Positions 1 to 9,021 of a stretch of DNA of 64,000 nt are shown here, piece after piece. Within the stretch, counting starts at the first letter, position 1, and every line of letters begins with the position of its first letter. The position numbers and the translations under genes are program-made. The DNA is taken from assembly GCA_963845205.1 (NCBI GenBank), contig CAWJRC010000002.1, positions 152,825 to 216,824 on the forward strand. The letters run 5' to 3'. The stretch comes from an uncultured archaeon. Its GTDB lineage: Archaea > Nanobdellota > Nanobdellia > Pacearchaeales > GW2011-AR1. Below the pieces are notes generated by a model, which made no database searches, had not been told where the DNA came from, and saw only the letters and a program-made list of their open reading frames with translations.

Positions 1-66
1 AAAAGGACTTATAAAAAAAGCAGTAGGGATTTCTTTTAAGACAGATTATACTACTAAATAAGCTAA

Positions 67-139
67 AGCGGAGGGTGGGACTCGAACCCACGAATATTCA
101 CTCTGCAGGCGAATGCAGTAGCCGCTGTGCCACCTCCGC
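67..139 (-). tRNA. tRNA-Cys (anticodon GCA)
   Basis: Reverse complement folds as a 73-nt cloverleaf: acceptor GCGGAGG/CCTCCGC, anticodon arm TTCGC-CTGCAGA-GTGAA, T arm GTGGG-TTCGAGT-CCCAC. No encoded CCA. Confidence 0.85.
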
Positions 140-275
140 ATGGTCAAGATTAGAAAACATCATATATAAAATTTGTTAATTCAAAAGATGAATATAAACA
201 TTTAAAAGTTAAGAAAATTTCTAAGATTCAACAGATTCATAGAATTTGTATATTATAAACACCAAGGGAGGAAAA

Positions 276-422
276 ATGGTACAAGCTTATTGTGTTAAAT
301 GTAAAGAAAGTGTAGATATGAAAGATGGAAAAGAAAGTAAGACTGTAAGAGGAACCACAATGATGAAAGGAAAATGCCCTAAATGTGGAACAACCGTCTG
401 CAGAATGATGGGCAAAAAGTAA
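276..422 (+). CDS. Small zinc-ribbon protein, 48 aa (DUF5679-like)
   Basis: Below the ORF-track cutoff. Translates to MVQAYCVKCKESVDMKDGKESKTVRGTTMMKGKCPKCGTTVCRMMGKK with two CxxC pairs. GGAGG lies 4 nt upstream of the ATG (ggaggaaaaatg). Confidence 0.6.
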   Translation: MVQAYCVKCKESVDMKDGKESKTVRGTTMMKGKCPKCGTTVCRMMGKK

Positions 423-508
423 ATTTATTAAATTATTTTTTATTATTCATTTTGTGCAAGGTCATATTTCTCAAAAAGATATAAAAACGGAATTATCTCT
501 TGAGAATT

Positions 509-808
509 ATGGTTATTGTCAAAATTATCCCCTCTTATAGAAATCTGGTTGCAGTTTGTGATTCTGATTTAATAGGGAAAAAATTTGAAGAAGGAGACTT
601 TCAATTAGACATAAAAGAGAATTTTTATGGTAAAGAGGAATTTCCAGAGAATGAGGCGATTGTTATAATGAGAAGGATGCGTAATGAGGATGCAACTTTT
701 AATATTGTAGGGGAGAATTCTATATGCACTGCGTTAAAGGCTGGCATAATTGATAAAGAAGGAATAAAGGAAATTCAGGGGATTCCTTTTGCATTAGTCT
801 TATTATAG
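509..808 (+). CDS. DUF424-family protein (archaeal, unknown function)
   Basis: VAVCDSDLIGKKFEEGDFQLDI..FYG pattern typical of DUF424. The track ORF starts at TTG 500, but ATG 509 sits 29 nt from a tataaaaa box at 480. Confidence 0.55.
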   Translation: MVIVKIIPSYRNLVAVCDSDLIGKKFEEGDFQLDIKENFYGKEEFPENEAIVIMRRMRNEDATFNIVGENSICTALKAGIIDKEGIKEIQGIPFALVLL

Positions 809-941
809 GCCCAAAAAAGATTTATATATCCTCCTTTTCCTAATAAAATATAGGTGGTAAAATTGATTAAAATTAAAAAAATTTTCAATTCAATAAAAAC
901 TAAAATGGAAGAAATAGACCCTTACGGTTTAGGAGAACAAA

Positions 942-1223
942 ATGATAATAGAAATAATAGCAATGCTAGCACTAGGAATACTGACCGATGTATTAGTAAC
1001 TCTTTATTACATATTCGTTGGAAGATTACAAGCGCTCCCTGCGTCATTAATGACAATTTTAATAACTTTGTTGAACTTCTTTATAATTGAGAAGATAGTT
1101 ATTTCTATAAACTGGGTATTGATCCTTGCTTATGCATTCGGTTGTTCTATAGGCTGTTTTTCAATAATCATTCATCAAAAGGATAAGTTAAAGAAGAAAT
1201 TGGAAAAGAAAATAAAAAAATAG
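942..1223 (+). CDS. Small integral membrane protein with a Lys-rich tail
   Basis: Three hydrophobic segments. aggag lies upstream of the ATG. Preferred over the overlapping low-complexity ORF 854..1090. Confidence 0.45.
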   Translation: MIIEIIAMLALGILTDVLVTLYYIFVGRLQALPASLMTILITLLNFFIIEKIVISINWVLILAYAFGCSIGCFSIIIHQKDKLKKKLEKKIKK

Positions 1224-1260
1224 GCTTTTACAACATATTTATAAACAATTTTCCTTTTTT

Positions 1261-1587
1261 ATGAATATGCAAAAAAATCTTGAAGAAAATGAAAATCAGC
1301 CTGTTAGCCGTGCACCATTGCCGAGAGGGGAAGAATCAATTGGTATTATAGAACAAAGACTTGGAGGGAACAAAATGATGGTTGCGTGTCTGGATGGAAA
1401 AACAAGAAATTGCAGAGTTCCTGGTAGGCTTAAAAGAAAACTCTGGCTCCGTCCTGGTGATGTTGTTATTGTAGAACCTTGGGAGCTTGATAAAAACAAA
1501 GGAGACATAATTCTAAAATACAAACCCAATCAGGTTGAATGGTTAAAGAAAAATCAATACCTCAAAACAGAGAAATCCGAGTTTTAA
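1261..1587 (+). CDS. eif1a: Translation initiation factor aIF-1A
   Basis: S1-like OB motif GIIEQRLGGNKMMVACLDGKTRNCRVPGRLKRKLWLRPGDVVIVEPW. The second in-frame ATG at 1267 is 29 nt from tttataaa (1238..1245) and may be the true start. Confidence 0.9.
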   Translation: MNMQKNLEENENQPVSRAPLPRGEESIGIIEQRLGGNKMMVACLDGKTRNCRVPGRLKRKLWLRPGDVVIVEPWELDKNKGDIILKYKPNQVEWLKKNQYLKTEKSEF

Positions 1588-1588
1588 A

Positions 1589-2107
1589 ATGAAAAATATA
1601 TTTTCAGAAAAGGTTTCTAAGATAATCCAGAATAAGAAAAAAATTGAAAAAGAATTAGGCGTGAAAATTTCTGCAAAAGAGAAAGAAGTTTCAATTGAAG
1701 GAGATGTCGAAGAAGAATATGTTGCTGAAAAAGTTATTGATGCTATAAATTTTGGTTTCCCTGTTTATGCAGCACTAATGATAAAAACAGAAGATTTTGT
1801 CTTTGAAGTTTTGAATATAAAGGATTATACACCAAAAAAGGATTATAAAAGAATAAGGGCGAGAATAATTGGCAGTGGAGGTAAAACACTGAAAACATTA
1901 AATGAATTAACAGAATGTTTTTTTGAAATTAAAGAGAATAATATTGGAATAATCGGCTCTCCAGAATATATAAAAAATGCACATGACGCAGTTATTTCTA
2001 TAATTCAGGGTTCAAAACAAGCAAATGTTTATAGTTACCTGGAAAAACATCATGTTCATCCAGTTCTTGATTTGGGATTGAAGGAAAAGAAAAAGTCCAA
2101 AAGATAG
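1589..2107 (+). CDS. KH-domain RNA-binding protein (Dim2/Pno1-like)
   Basis: KH GxxG motif in RIIGSGGKTLKTLNELTE and a second KH-like half. Starts 1 nt after the aIF1A stop, a common archaeal neighbourhood. Confidence 0.7.
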   Translation: MKNIFSEKVSKIIQNKKKIEKELGVKISAKEKEVSIEGDVEEEYVAEKVIDAINFGFPVYAALMIKTEDFVFEVLNIKDYTPKKDYKRIRARIIGSGGKTLKTLNELTECFFEIKENNIGIIGSPEYIKNAHDAVISIIQGSKQANVYSYLEKHHVHPVLDLGLKEKKKSKR

Positions 2108-2139
2108 TTTTAAATATCAAAAAAAATTTTGCTTGATAG

Positions 2140-2212
2140 GTCCCCGTAGCTCAGTTGGTAGAGCACATGACTGTTAATCATGGGGTCGTAGGTTCGAGTC
2201 CTGCCGGGGACG
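2140..2212 (+). tRNA. tRNA-Asn (anticodon GTT)
   Basis: Acceptor GTCCCCG/CGGGGAC, D arm GCTC-AGTTGGTA-GAGC, anticodon arm CATGA-CTGTTAA-TCATG, T loop TTCGAGT. 73 nt. Confidence 0.9.
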
Positions 2213-2221
2213 TTTAAAAAA

Positions 2222-2506
2222 ATGGTAGAAATAAATATTCTTAAAGTGAGAAATTTAATTAAATTATTAAAAGAAGGAAAAGTAGATGAAGTTTATAATC
2301 AAATTTATTCAGAAGCGGAGAAGATTGCAATCCATGAAATGGAACAGTATGAAGCAGAAAAATTATTAGATGATATGATTGACAAAAATGCAGAAAAAGA
2401 ACATATGAAGAACATGTTCAAGTATAAAAGAGAAAGAATAGAATATCACATGAATAAAATGATTGAATTATTAAAGATGACTAAAGAAAAAATAAGTTCC
2501 GATTAA
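2222..2506 (+). CDS. Hypothetical helical protein
   Basis: ORF track only. Charged, helix-like composition. No motif recognised. Confidence 0.35.
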   Translation: MVEINILKVRNLIKLLKEGKVDEVYNQIYSEAEKIAIHEMEQYEAEKLLDDMIDKNAEKEHMKNMFKYKRERIEYHMNKMIELLKMTKEKISSD

Positions 2507-2509
2507 AAA

Positions 2510-2671
2510 TTAAATCTGCCCTGTCTGATTGAACTTAGCCATTAATTTTTCAAGAACAACTTGTGGCGCAAATCCTTTTCTACTGCAAGCCTTTGCGAAA
2601 TCGTCATAAATGTTCTGGGCTATGTTATAATCAAGTTTTCTTTTTTTTGGATCTGGTGGATATGTTCCCAT
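2510..2671 (-). CDS. Small 53-aa protein, possible ribbon-helix-helix fold
   Basis: Below the track cutoff. Translates to MGTYPPDPKKRKLDYNIAQNIYDDFAKACSRKGFAPQVVLEKLMAKFNQTGQI, a strand-helix-helix-like pattern. Its ATG (2671) is exactly 29 nt from the palindromic box at 2693..2700. Confidence 0.45.
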   Translation of the reverse strand: MGTYPPDPKKRKLDYNIAQNIYDDFAKACSRKGFAPQVVLEKLMAKFNQTGQI

Positions 2672-2692
2672 AATAAAAAAACAGGAATATAA

Positions 2693-2700
2693 TTTATAAA
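2693..2700. promoter_or_regulatory. Palindromic TATA box (TTTATAAA) shared by divergent genes
   Basis: Box centre 2696.5 equals the midpoint of minus ATG 2671 and plus ATG 2722. It is 29 nt to each. Confidence 0.55.
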
Positions 2701-2721
2701 TTTAACTGAACTGAACTTAAT

Positions 2722-3762
2722 ATGTCTCGTTCAAAAAAACAGAATATAATCAATCAGGAAAATTTACAAAACCCAAAAGAATTTTTAAGATTTGCCACAC
2801 CAGAACAGATTGCAAACTATCGCGCTGAACGGTTGAAGTGTAATACTCTAGTTGATCTTGGTGCAGGAATTGGCGGTCAGACTGTTGCTTTTTCAAGGAA
2901 ATGCAAAAAGGTCATCGCGATAGAAATTGACAAAACAAAAATAAACCTTCTTTTACAAAATATAAAAAAGCTTAGAATAAAAAATGTGGACGTAATTAAT
3001 GGAGATGCTTTGAACAAAAGCGTTGTCCAAAAAATTTCTAAAGAATCGCCTGATGTAATCTTTATGGATACGGAACGTCCTGAGCAAACAGAAAGAACAT
3101 TAGATAAAATAAGTCCTCCAATAAATAAAATTCTTGAGGTATATTCTAAATTAACATCAAAGATAGCAATAGAAATACCCCCCTTCACAAAAGATATTGA
3201 AAGATTAAAGGAAGAAAATTTTTTTGAACAGGAATTTATCTCTTTAGATAATCAACTGAATAGACTAACCTTATATTTTAATGAATTAAAAACCTGTGAC
3301 AAATCTGTTATTTCATTGCCCTCAAAAGAAAGATTGATAAATTCTAAACAAGAAATGAAGAGTAAAGAAATTTTTTCTGCAGAAGATTTTAAGTATCTAT
3401 ATTCAATAGACCCCGCGATAATATTAGCAGGTTTAATTGACGAGTTATCAAATAAGTTTAACTTAGACTTATTGAAATTGAATAAACCTGTGTTCTTATC
3501 AAATGAATTTGTAAAATCTAATTTTCTAGTCCCTTACAAAATTCTGGAAATTTCTGAAAATAAATTTGAAGGAATAACTAAAACATTAAAACGGATAAAG
3601 GCAGGAAAAGTTGTTCTTAGATATAATGTTGATCCAAAAGATTATTGGAAAACACGGAATCTTTACGAAAAAGATTTAACAGGGAAAAAAGAAGTTAATC
3701 TTTTTATAAATGAAAGAAATAATGAAGCTATTATTTGTGAAAAAGCCCAAACCTTTTTATAA
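2722..3762 (+). CDS. Class I SAM-dependent methyltransferase (probable RNA methyltransferase)
   Basis: Motif I VDLGAGIGGQTVAF, then IAIEID and NGDAL motifs. C-terminal half unassigned. Confidence 0.65.
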   Translation: MSRSKKQNIINQENLQNPKEFLRFATPEQIANYRAERLKCNTLVDLGAGIGGQTVAFSRKCKKVIAIEIDKTKINLLLQNIKKLRIKNVDVINGDALNKSVVQKISKESPDVIFMDTERPEQTERTLDKISPPINKILEVYSKLTSKIAIEIPPFTKDIERLKEENFFEQEFISLDNQLNRLTLYFNELKTCDKSVISLPSKERLINSKQEMKSKEIFSAEDFKYLYSIDPAIILAGLIDELSNKFNLDLLKLNKPVFLSNEFVKSNFLVPYKILEISENKFEGITKTLKRIKAGKVVLRYNVDPKDYWKTRNLYEKDLTGKKEVNLFINERNNEAIICEKAQTFL

Positions 3763-3782
3763 TTTAGATTTCTTTATATCTA

Positions 3783-4352
3783 ATGGAGTTAGATAAGACG
3801 ATTCAGAATAGGAGATGCGTCAGGAAGTTTAGCAAAAAAAAGCCTGATTGGAGAACAATTATCGAATGCATCAATTCTGCACGTTTTGCTCCAATGGCAG
3901 GAAATAATTATACAGTGAAATTTATTCTAATCGATGACGAAGAAAAAATAAAAAAAATTTCGGAATCATGTCAACAGCAATTTATTGCAGATGCAAAATA
4001 CCTTGTGGTTGTATGTTCAAATCCTTCACGTCCTATAAATGCATACGGGAAGATAGGAGAAATTTTCTGTAGACAGCAGGCGGGGGCAGCAATGGAGAAT
4101 TTTTTCTTAAGTATAGAAGAAGCAGGGCTTTCAACTTGTTGGGTAGGTTATTTTGTTGAAGAACAGATTAAAGAAGAATTAAAAATCCCTGATGAAGTAA
4201 ATATTGAAGCAATCTTTCCAATTGGTTATGAAGCTGAAAAACCGAGAACAAGGCATGTAAAAATAGAGTTGGATAGGATTTTATATTTTAATTCTTATGG
4301 CAATACAAAGATGAAACATCCAAAAAAAGTGGATGAAAGAATAATAAAATAA
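3783..4352 (+). CDS. Nitroreductase-family protein
   Basis: N-terminal RRCVRKFSKKKP..ARFAPMAGNNY motif, with CWVGYF near the C-terminus. Confidence 0.75.
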   Translation: MELDKTIQNRRCVRKFSKKKPDWRTIIECINSARFAPMAGNNYTVKFILIDDEEKIKKISESCQQQFIADAKYLVVVCSNPSRPINAYGKIGEIFCRQQAGAAMENFFLSIEEAGLSTCWVGYFVEEQIKEELKIPDEVNIEAIFPIGYEAEKPRTRHVKIELDRILYFNSYGNTKMKHPKKVDERIIK

Positions 4353-4360
4353 AAATAAAA

Positions 4361-4378
4361 TCCCCGGTTTCCCGGGGA
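4361..4378. terminator. GC-rich hairpin between convergent genes
   Basis: tccccgg-ttt-cccgggga inverted repeat in the 61-nt spacer between the nitroreductase stop and the ftsZ stop, flanked by A/T runs. Confidence 0.3.
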
Positions 4379-4413
4379 AAATAGAAAATAAAAAATTAAA
4401 ATAAACTGATTTC

Positions 4414-5496
4414 TTACCAAACTTCAATTCCAAGATCAGACATTTCTTTATGAGCTGGGCGTGATGAAGTGTTTTCTTCAATGTCTCTTCCGAGAACATA
4501 TGGAGATTTGACACCAGTCATTATAGTTATAACTCTTACTTTTCCGGTGAATTCTTTGCTGATTCTTGCTCCGATGATTACATTTGCGTCTGGATTCAAG
4601 TTTTCAGAAACAACTCTGCCTATTAAGTCGAATTCTTCCAATTTCAAATCAGGTCCGCAAGTTACATGTATCAAAGCTCCGGTTGCTCCTTTATAATCCA
4701 CATCGAGTAGAGGATGTGTAAGAGCTTGCTGGCATGCTTCCATAACCTTGTTCTGTGTGTCTGCTTCCCCGATTCCAATAACTGCAACACCGCCGTCTTT
4801 CATTATAGCTGAAACATCTGCGTAGTCGAGATTGATCAAGCTTGGCAATGTAATGGTTTCAACAATACCCTTTACCATTGTGCTTATTAATTCATTAGCA
4901 ACAGCAAAAGCCTGTTCAATTGGCAATTGCCCTGCAATATCAACAAGCCTGTTATTGTCAAGAACAATTGTTGTATCAGTAACTTCTCTTAATTCCTGAA
5001 GTCCGAATTCAGCCTTGTCAAGTCTTGCTCTTTCTGATTCGAAAGGCATTGTGACAACTCCTATAACGACTGCTCCAGATTCTTTAGCAATTTGAGATAT
5101 TACTGGTGCTGCCCCTGTTCCTGTTCCGCCGCCCATTCCTGCTACGACGAATACCATGTCTGCGCTTCCTACCGCCTTTTTCAACTCAGCCAAAGCTTCT
5201 TTTGCAGCTTCTCTTCCTCTCTGAGGCATACCGCCGCATCCAAGTCCTCTAGTCAATTCTTTCCCTATAAGAATTTTCTCATCAGATTTGGTGACACTTA
5301 GGTGAAGTGCATCAGTATTACATGCATATACAGTAGCGCCGTTGATTCCTTTGTTGTAAAGCCAAGTTATTGCATTACTTCCCATTCCTCCTACACCAAC
5401 AACTTTGATGTTAGCTTTTCCAGCTTTCAATTCATCAAAATTAATGCTGTGAGTTGCTGCGTTCTCAATCGCTTCTTTTGCAAAATCTAATACCAT
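4414..5496 (-). CDS. ftsZ: Cell division GTPase FtsZ
   Basis: Tubulin signature GGGTGTGAAPV, plus GVGGMGSNA and NTDALHL. GGAGG lies 10 nt upstream of the ATG. Confidence 0.95.
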   Translation of the reverse strand: MVLDFAKEAIENAATHSINFDELKAGKANIKVVGVGGMGSNAITWLYNKGINGATVYACNTDALHLSVTKSDEKILIGKELTRGLGCGGMPQRGREAAKEALAELKKAVGSADMVFVVAGMGGGTGTGAAPVISQIAKESGAVVIGVVTMPFESERARLDKAEFGLQELREVTDTTIVLDNNRLVDIAGQLPIEQAFAVANELISTMVKGIVETITLPSLINLDYADVSAIMKDGGVAVIGIGEADTQNKVMEACQQALTHPLLDVDYKGATGALIHVTCGPDLKLEEFDLIGRVVSENLNPDANVIIGARISKEFTGKVRVITIMTGVKSPYVLGRDIEENTSSRPAHKEMSDLGIEVW

Positions 5497-5719
5497 TTTT
5501 TTTATTCCTCCCTTGTACTTCTATATTAATCTCGTTATTCGAGACTCGGAAATGTATTTTTCTCTAACGAAATGTTTAAATATTTCACACATTTCCATTT
5601 ATTATTAAAGAAAGAATGCCTCATCAACTAATATCAATTTAATCTACTTGATGTTTAAATTAATATTAAAAAAGTGAGGCATTTTTTATTTAAAAATTCT
5701 TATATTCTCTGGAAAATAG

Positions 5720-6286
5720 TTATTTTATCGCTACTTCCAACTTCCGAATCTTTTCCCAAACTTTTTCTAATTTTTTGTTTGATTCTTCTAGGACGATTTT
5801 CAAAAATTCTTCGCTGACTAAAATCTTTTTATCTTGAATTATTGGAAATTCTAATCTTTCTGTGCTGTTTAATTCAATTGTAAAACCATTTTTTATTCCG
5901 ATAATACCTGATTTTTTCCATCCTGCAATTTTTGCCTTCTCATAAAGTTTTTCAGCATCTTCTAATGTCTTGCAAGAAATATGGAGGATACAAGGTTCAA
6001 ATTTAAATTTTATTTTTTTATTCTTTTTTAAAGCCAAATACAACTTATCTTTCAATTCTTCAAAAGAAATTTTTTTGTGGGAAACAAAAACAAATAAATC
6101 TGCTCCCTTTTTCTCTTGATCAATCATTAAAATAATTCTGCCCGAACATGACGAAGTGGTGTAATAATTTTCCAAAGAATTTATTTTATCGCAGAGTTTT
6201 GCAATCTTTTCATCCCACTTTCCTATTGAAGATTTGTCTGATTTTGAAAGAACATCTTTTTTGCGTTTAGAAAAATCATCTCTCAT
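5720..6286 (-). CDS. taw3: tRNA wybutosine-synthesizing protein 3 homologue (Taw3/TYW3 methyltransferase)
   Basis: TYW3-type motif YYTTSSCSGRI and size of about 190 aa. Overlaps the upstream MBL gene stop by 4 nt. Confidence 0.65.
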   Translation of the reverse strand: MRDDFSKRKKDVLSKSDKSSIGKWDEKIAKLCDKINSLENYYTTSSCSGRIILMIDQEKKGADLFVFVSHKKISFEELKDKLYLALKKNKKIKFKFEPCILHISCKTLEDAEKLYEKAKIAGWKKSGIIGIKNGFTIELNSTERLEFPIIQDKKILVSEEFLKIVLEESNKKLEKVWEKIRKLEVAIK

Positions 6287-6948
6287 TCCTTCTCCAGAAC
6301 CGTGGTGTTAATTCCTTCTTTTTCACATAAACTTACAAACTCTTCAACATCATCATGCCCATCCCTAATTATTCCGTAATGCATTGGAACTGCGATGTTT
6401 GGTTTGATTAATTTAGCTGCTTCTGCGGCTTCTTCTGCATTCATTGTGAATTTCCCGCCTATCGGAAGAAGTGCAATGAATTCTTTTCCTGGCTGTTTAT
6501 AACCTGTAAGTTTCTGCATTTCTGGGATTAAATCGGTATCCCCTGCGTGATAGATTAAAACTCCGTTCATTTTTATTAAATATCCAACCCATCCTTCCCC
6601 TTTTGAATGAAATGTTTTATCAAGGTTATATGCAGGTAATGTCGAAATCTTTAATTCTCCGAATGCAATTTCTTGATTAGGTTCGACTATGTGTATATCC
6701 ACGGGGGTCTGGAATCTTGTTACCTTGCTTTGGCAGTCTGCAGTAAGAACAATTTTAGTCCCTTCTTTTATTATATTCTTTATATCTGCTATGCTGCAAT
6801 GGTCATAATGACTATGTGTGATTAGAATAATATCTGCCTTTTCTGAATTTTCTTTTATGTTATAAGGGTCTATGTAAATGATTTTGTGATTCTTTATTAA
6901 AAAGCCTGAATGTCCAAGCCATTTAATTTCTATTTCCCCTATCTTCAT
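6283..6948 (-). CDS. MBL-fold metallo-hydrolase
   Basis: HxHxDH motif ILITHSHYDHC, with downstream His/Asp ligands (HAGDT, PMHY). Confidence 0.8.
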   Translation of the reverse strand: MKIGEIEIKWLGHSGFLIKNHKIIYIDPYNIKENSEKADIILITHSHYDHCSIADIKNIIKEGTKIVLTADCQSKVTRFQTPVDIHIVEPNQEIAFGELKISTLPAYNLDKTFHSKGEGWVGYLIKMNGVLIYHAGDTDLIPEMQKLTGYKQPGKEFIALLPIGGKFTMNAEEAAEAAKLIKPNIAVPMHYGIIRDGHDDVEEFVSLCEKEGINTTVLEKE

Positions 6949-7014
6949 AAAAAGAAGAACTTTAAATTCCTTTTAAACTTACTGCCCAATAAACTTAATC
7001 TTATGACCAGCCGA

Positions 7015-8331
7015 TTATACTTTTTCAATTCCCCTTGCTATCTGTAGTAGTTTTTGTTCATTAAATTTTTCACATATTATCTGCATTCCTATAGGGATAT
7101 TTTCTATTTTCCCTAAAGGGATGCTTATTGCACAGTCTCCTGAAAGATTAATTGGGCATGTTAGAGCATCATACTGAAACATCTGTTCAATTGGGATTTT
7201 TTCCCCTATTTTGTGAGGGAGTCTTGGAACAGTAGGGCAGATTATGCAGTCAAATTTCCTGAAAGTTTTTTTGAATTCTTCTTCAATCAATTTCCTAGCC
7301 TTTAATGCGAGATGGTAATATCTTCCTTCATTTTCTGCTTTGCTAACCTCACTTCCTGCAATAATTCTTCTTAAAACTTCGCCCCCACAGACTTCTTCAA
7401 TTCTTTTTCCATACCTTCTACCATCAAATTTTCTAGTTGCCGAGAAAAATTCGGTATAAACAATTGGGAAATAAGTAGCAACAGCAAAATCGATATAGTT
7501 CAATTTTATTCTCTTAATTTCCCATTTATACTTTTTTGCTGCTTCAGAAATTTTTTCTTCGAGAATTTTTTGTATCCGTGAATCATGAATTTTGAAATCA
7601 AGAATTCCCACCTTCAAATTTTTTGGAATTTTTTCTATTTCTCTTAAATCAATTTTGCTTCCGATGCTTATAGCATCTCTTTCATCTTTTCCAGTTATTA
7701 CATCAAAAAGCAAAGCTGTATCAGAAACATTTTTTGCTATCGGCCCGATTTGATCAAGACTCATGCTCATATCAATTAATCCGTATCTACTCACAGAAGC
7801 ATAGCTCGGTTTTAATCCAACAACCCCGCAATGACTAGATGGAACTCTTATGCTCCCTCCAGTATCGCTTCCAAGAGACATATCACAAAAGTCTGCAGAA
7901 ACACTTGCACAACTTCCGCTTGAACTTCCTCCAGGTACAAATCCTAATGCTTGGGGGTTATTTGTAGCTCCAAAGGCAGAAGTTTCTCCGCTCCATCCGC
8001 ATGCAAATTCATCACAGTTTACTACCCCAATAATCAATCCATCTTCTTCCTTTATTTTTTCTATAGCACTTGCATCATAAGGACTTTTATAATCTTCAAG
8101 GGTTTTACTCCCACATGATGCGTTTAATCCAAGAACATTTATAACTGCCTTTACAGAAATAATTTTTCCTGCAAGCTTTCCTCCTTTCCCTACTTTTATT
8201 TTCTCATCAATTTTTTTTGCTTCTTCAATTGCATGAGGATTTAATTGTAGAAACGCATTTATTTTTTTGCCTTTTTTGTCATTCTTCTCGATTTCAGAAA
8301 GATAATTTTGAAGCTTTGAAAGGGTCGTCAT
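7015..8331 (-). CDS. gatA: Asp-tRNA(Asn)/Glu-tRNA(Gln) amidotransferase subunit A
   Basis: Amidase signature GGSSSGSCASVSADFCDMSLGSDTGGSIRVP. The track ORF extends to 8355, but ATG 8331 (MTTLSKL) lies 1 nt after the gatC stop. Confidence 0.9.
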   Translation of the reverse strand: MTTLSKLQNYLSEIEKNDKKGKKINAFLQLNPHAIEEAKKIDEKIKVGKGGKLAGKIISVKAVINVLGLNASCGSKTLEDYKSPYDASAIEKIKEEDGLIIGVVNCDEFACGWSGETSAFGATNNPQALGFVPGGSSSGSCASVSADFCDMSLGSDTGGSIRVPSSHCGVVGLKPSYASVSRYGLIDMSMSLDQIGPIAKNVSDTALLFDVITGKDERDAISIGSKIDLREIEKIPKNLKVGILDFKIHDSRIQKILEEKISEAAKKYKWEIKRIKLNYIDFAVATYFPIVYTEFFSATRKFDGRRYGKRIEEVCGGEVLRRIIAGSEVSKAENEGRYYHLALKARKLIEEEFKKTFRKFDCIICPTVPRLPHKIGEKIPIEQMFQYDALTCPINLSGDCAISIPLGKIENIPIGMQIICEKFNEQKLLQIARGIEKV

Positions 8332-8332
8332 T

Positions 8333-8584
8333 TTACCATTTCCTCCTTTCGACAATTATAGAATCATCATTTTTTTCAAGCGCATTTTCAAACATGATTT
8401 CTCTAGACAATTCAAGGGGTTTCCCGTCTTCCTTTCTCTCAAATTTTTCTCTTTCAATAAAAGATTCCTCCGATTTATTATCAATCTCAGAAAGTTTTTT
8501 CGCAAAAGATTGGAGTATAGAACTAACTTGTTTCTTTATTTCTTCCCGTTCTTTCTCAGAGATATTGTGGAATAAAAAGTCCAT
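8333..8584 (-). CDS. gatC: Amidotransferase subunit C
   Basis: 83 aa, directly upstream of gatA. GatC-like layout: SEKEREEIKKQVSSILQSFAKKLSEID, then a C-terminal ..ENALEKNDDSIIV. tttttata box 29 nt upstream. Confidence 0.6.
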   Translation of the reverse strand: MDFLFHNISEKEREEIKKQVSSILQSFAKKLSEIDNKSEESFIEREKFERKEDGKPLELSREIMFENALEKNDDSIIVERRKW

Positions 8585-8614
8585 AGAAATTTTAAGAATA
8601 AAGGATATAAAAAT

Positions 8615-8968
8615 TTAGTTATTCTTTATATGGTCTTTAAGTTGCTGATCTGTATGTGTTTTTTTGAAACCAAATACCGCTTCAAACAATTCTCCATTTT
8701 TCATACCCTCTTTGTAAATTTCTGCAAATTTCTTTCCATATAAATCAATAAATTCTTTAGTTGCTCTTTGTTTTCCAATATCTTGCCCCTCTTTTTCAGA
8801 ATGCATATACTTATAATCATAAATTAACCTCGTCTGTTCAATCTGCCTATTACTCAATCCAGTAGATTCAACTAGATCTCTAAAAAAACACCAATTATTT
8901 TTCTCACAATCAAGTTTATTGCATGGACAATCTTTTGTAAGGTCTTCTAATATTTCTTTGTTTATCAT
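8615..8968 (-). CDS. Hypothetical protein with an N-terminal Cys cluster
   Basis: ORF track. CPCNKLDCEKNNWC cluster. tttaaata box 29 nt upstream of the ATG. Confidence 0.4.
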   Translation of the reverse strand: MINKEILEDLTKDCPCNKLDCEKNNWCFFRDLVESTGLSNRQIEQTRLIYDYKYMHSEKEGQDIGKQRATKEFIDLYGKKFAEIYKEGMKNGELFEAVFGFKKTHTDQQLKDHIKNN

Positions 8969-9021
8969 ATTCTGTTAAAGCATCACTTATATTTAAATGT
9001 TACTATTAAATAGTAGTGGAT

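Noticed and set aside
854-1090. 78-aa plus-strand ORF overlapping the membrane-protein ORF 942..1223.
   Set aside because: It uses a non-ATG start and has Asn/Ile-rich low-complexity sequence. The overlapping frame encodes coherent TM helices and has an SD.
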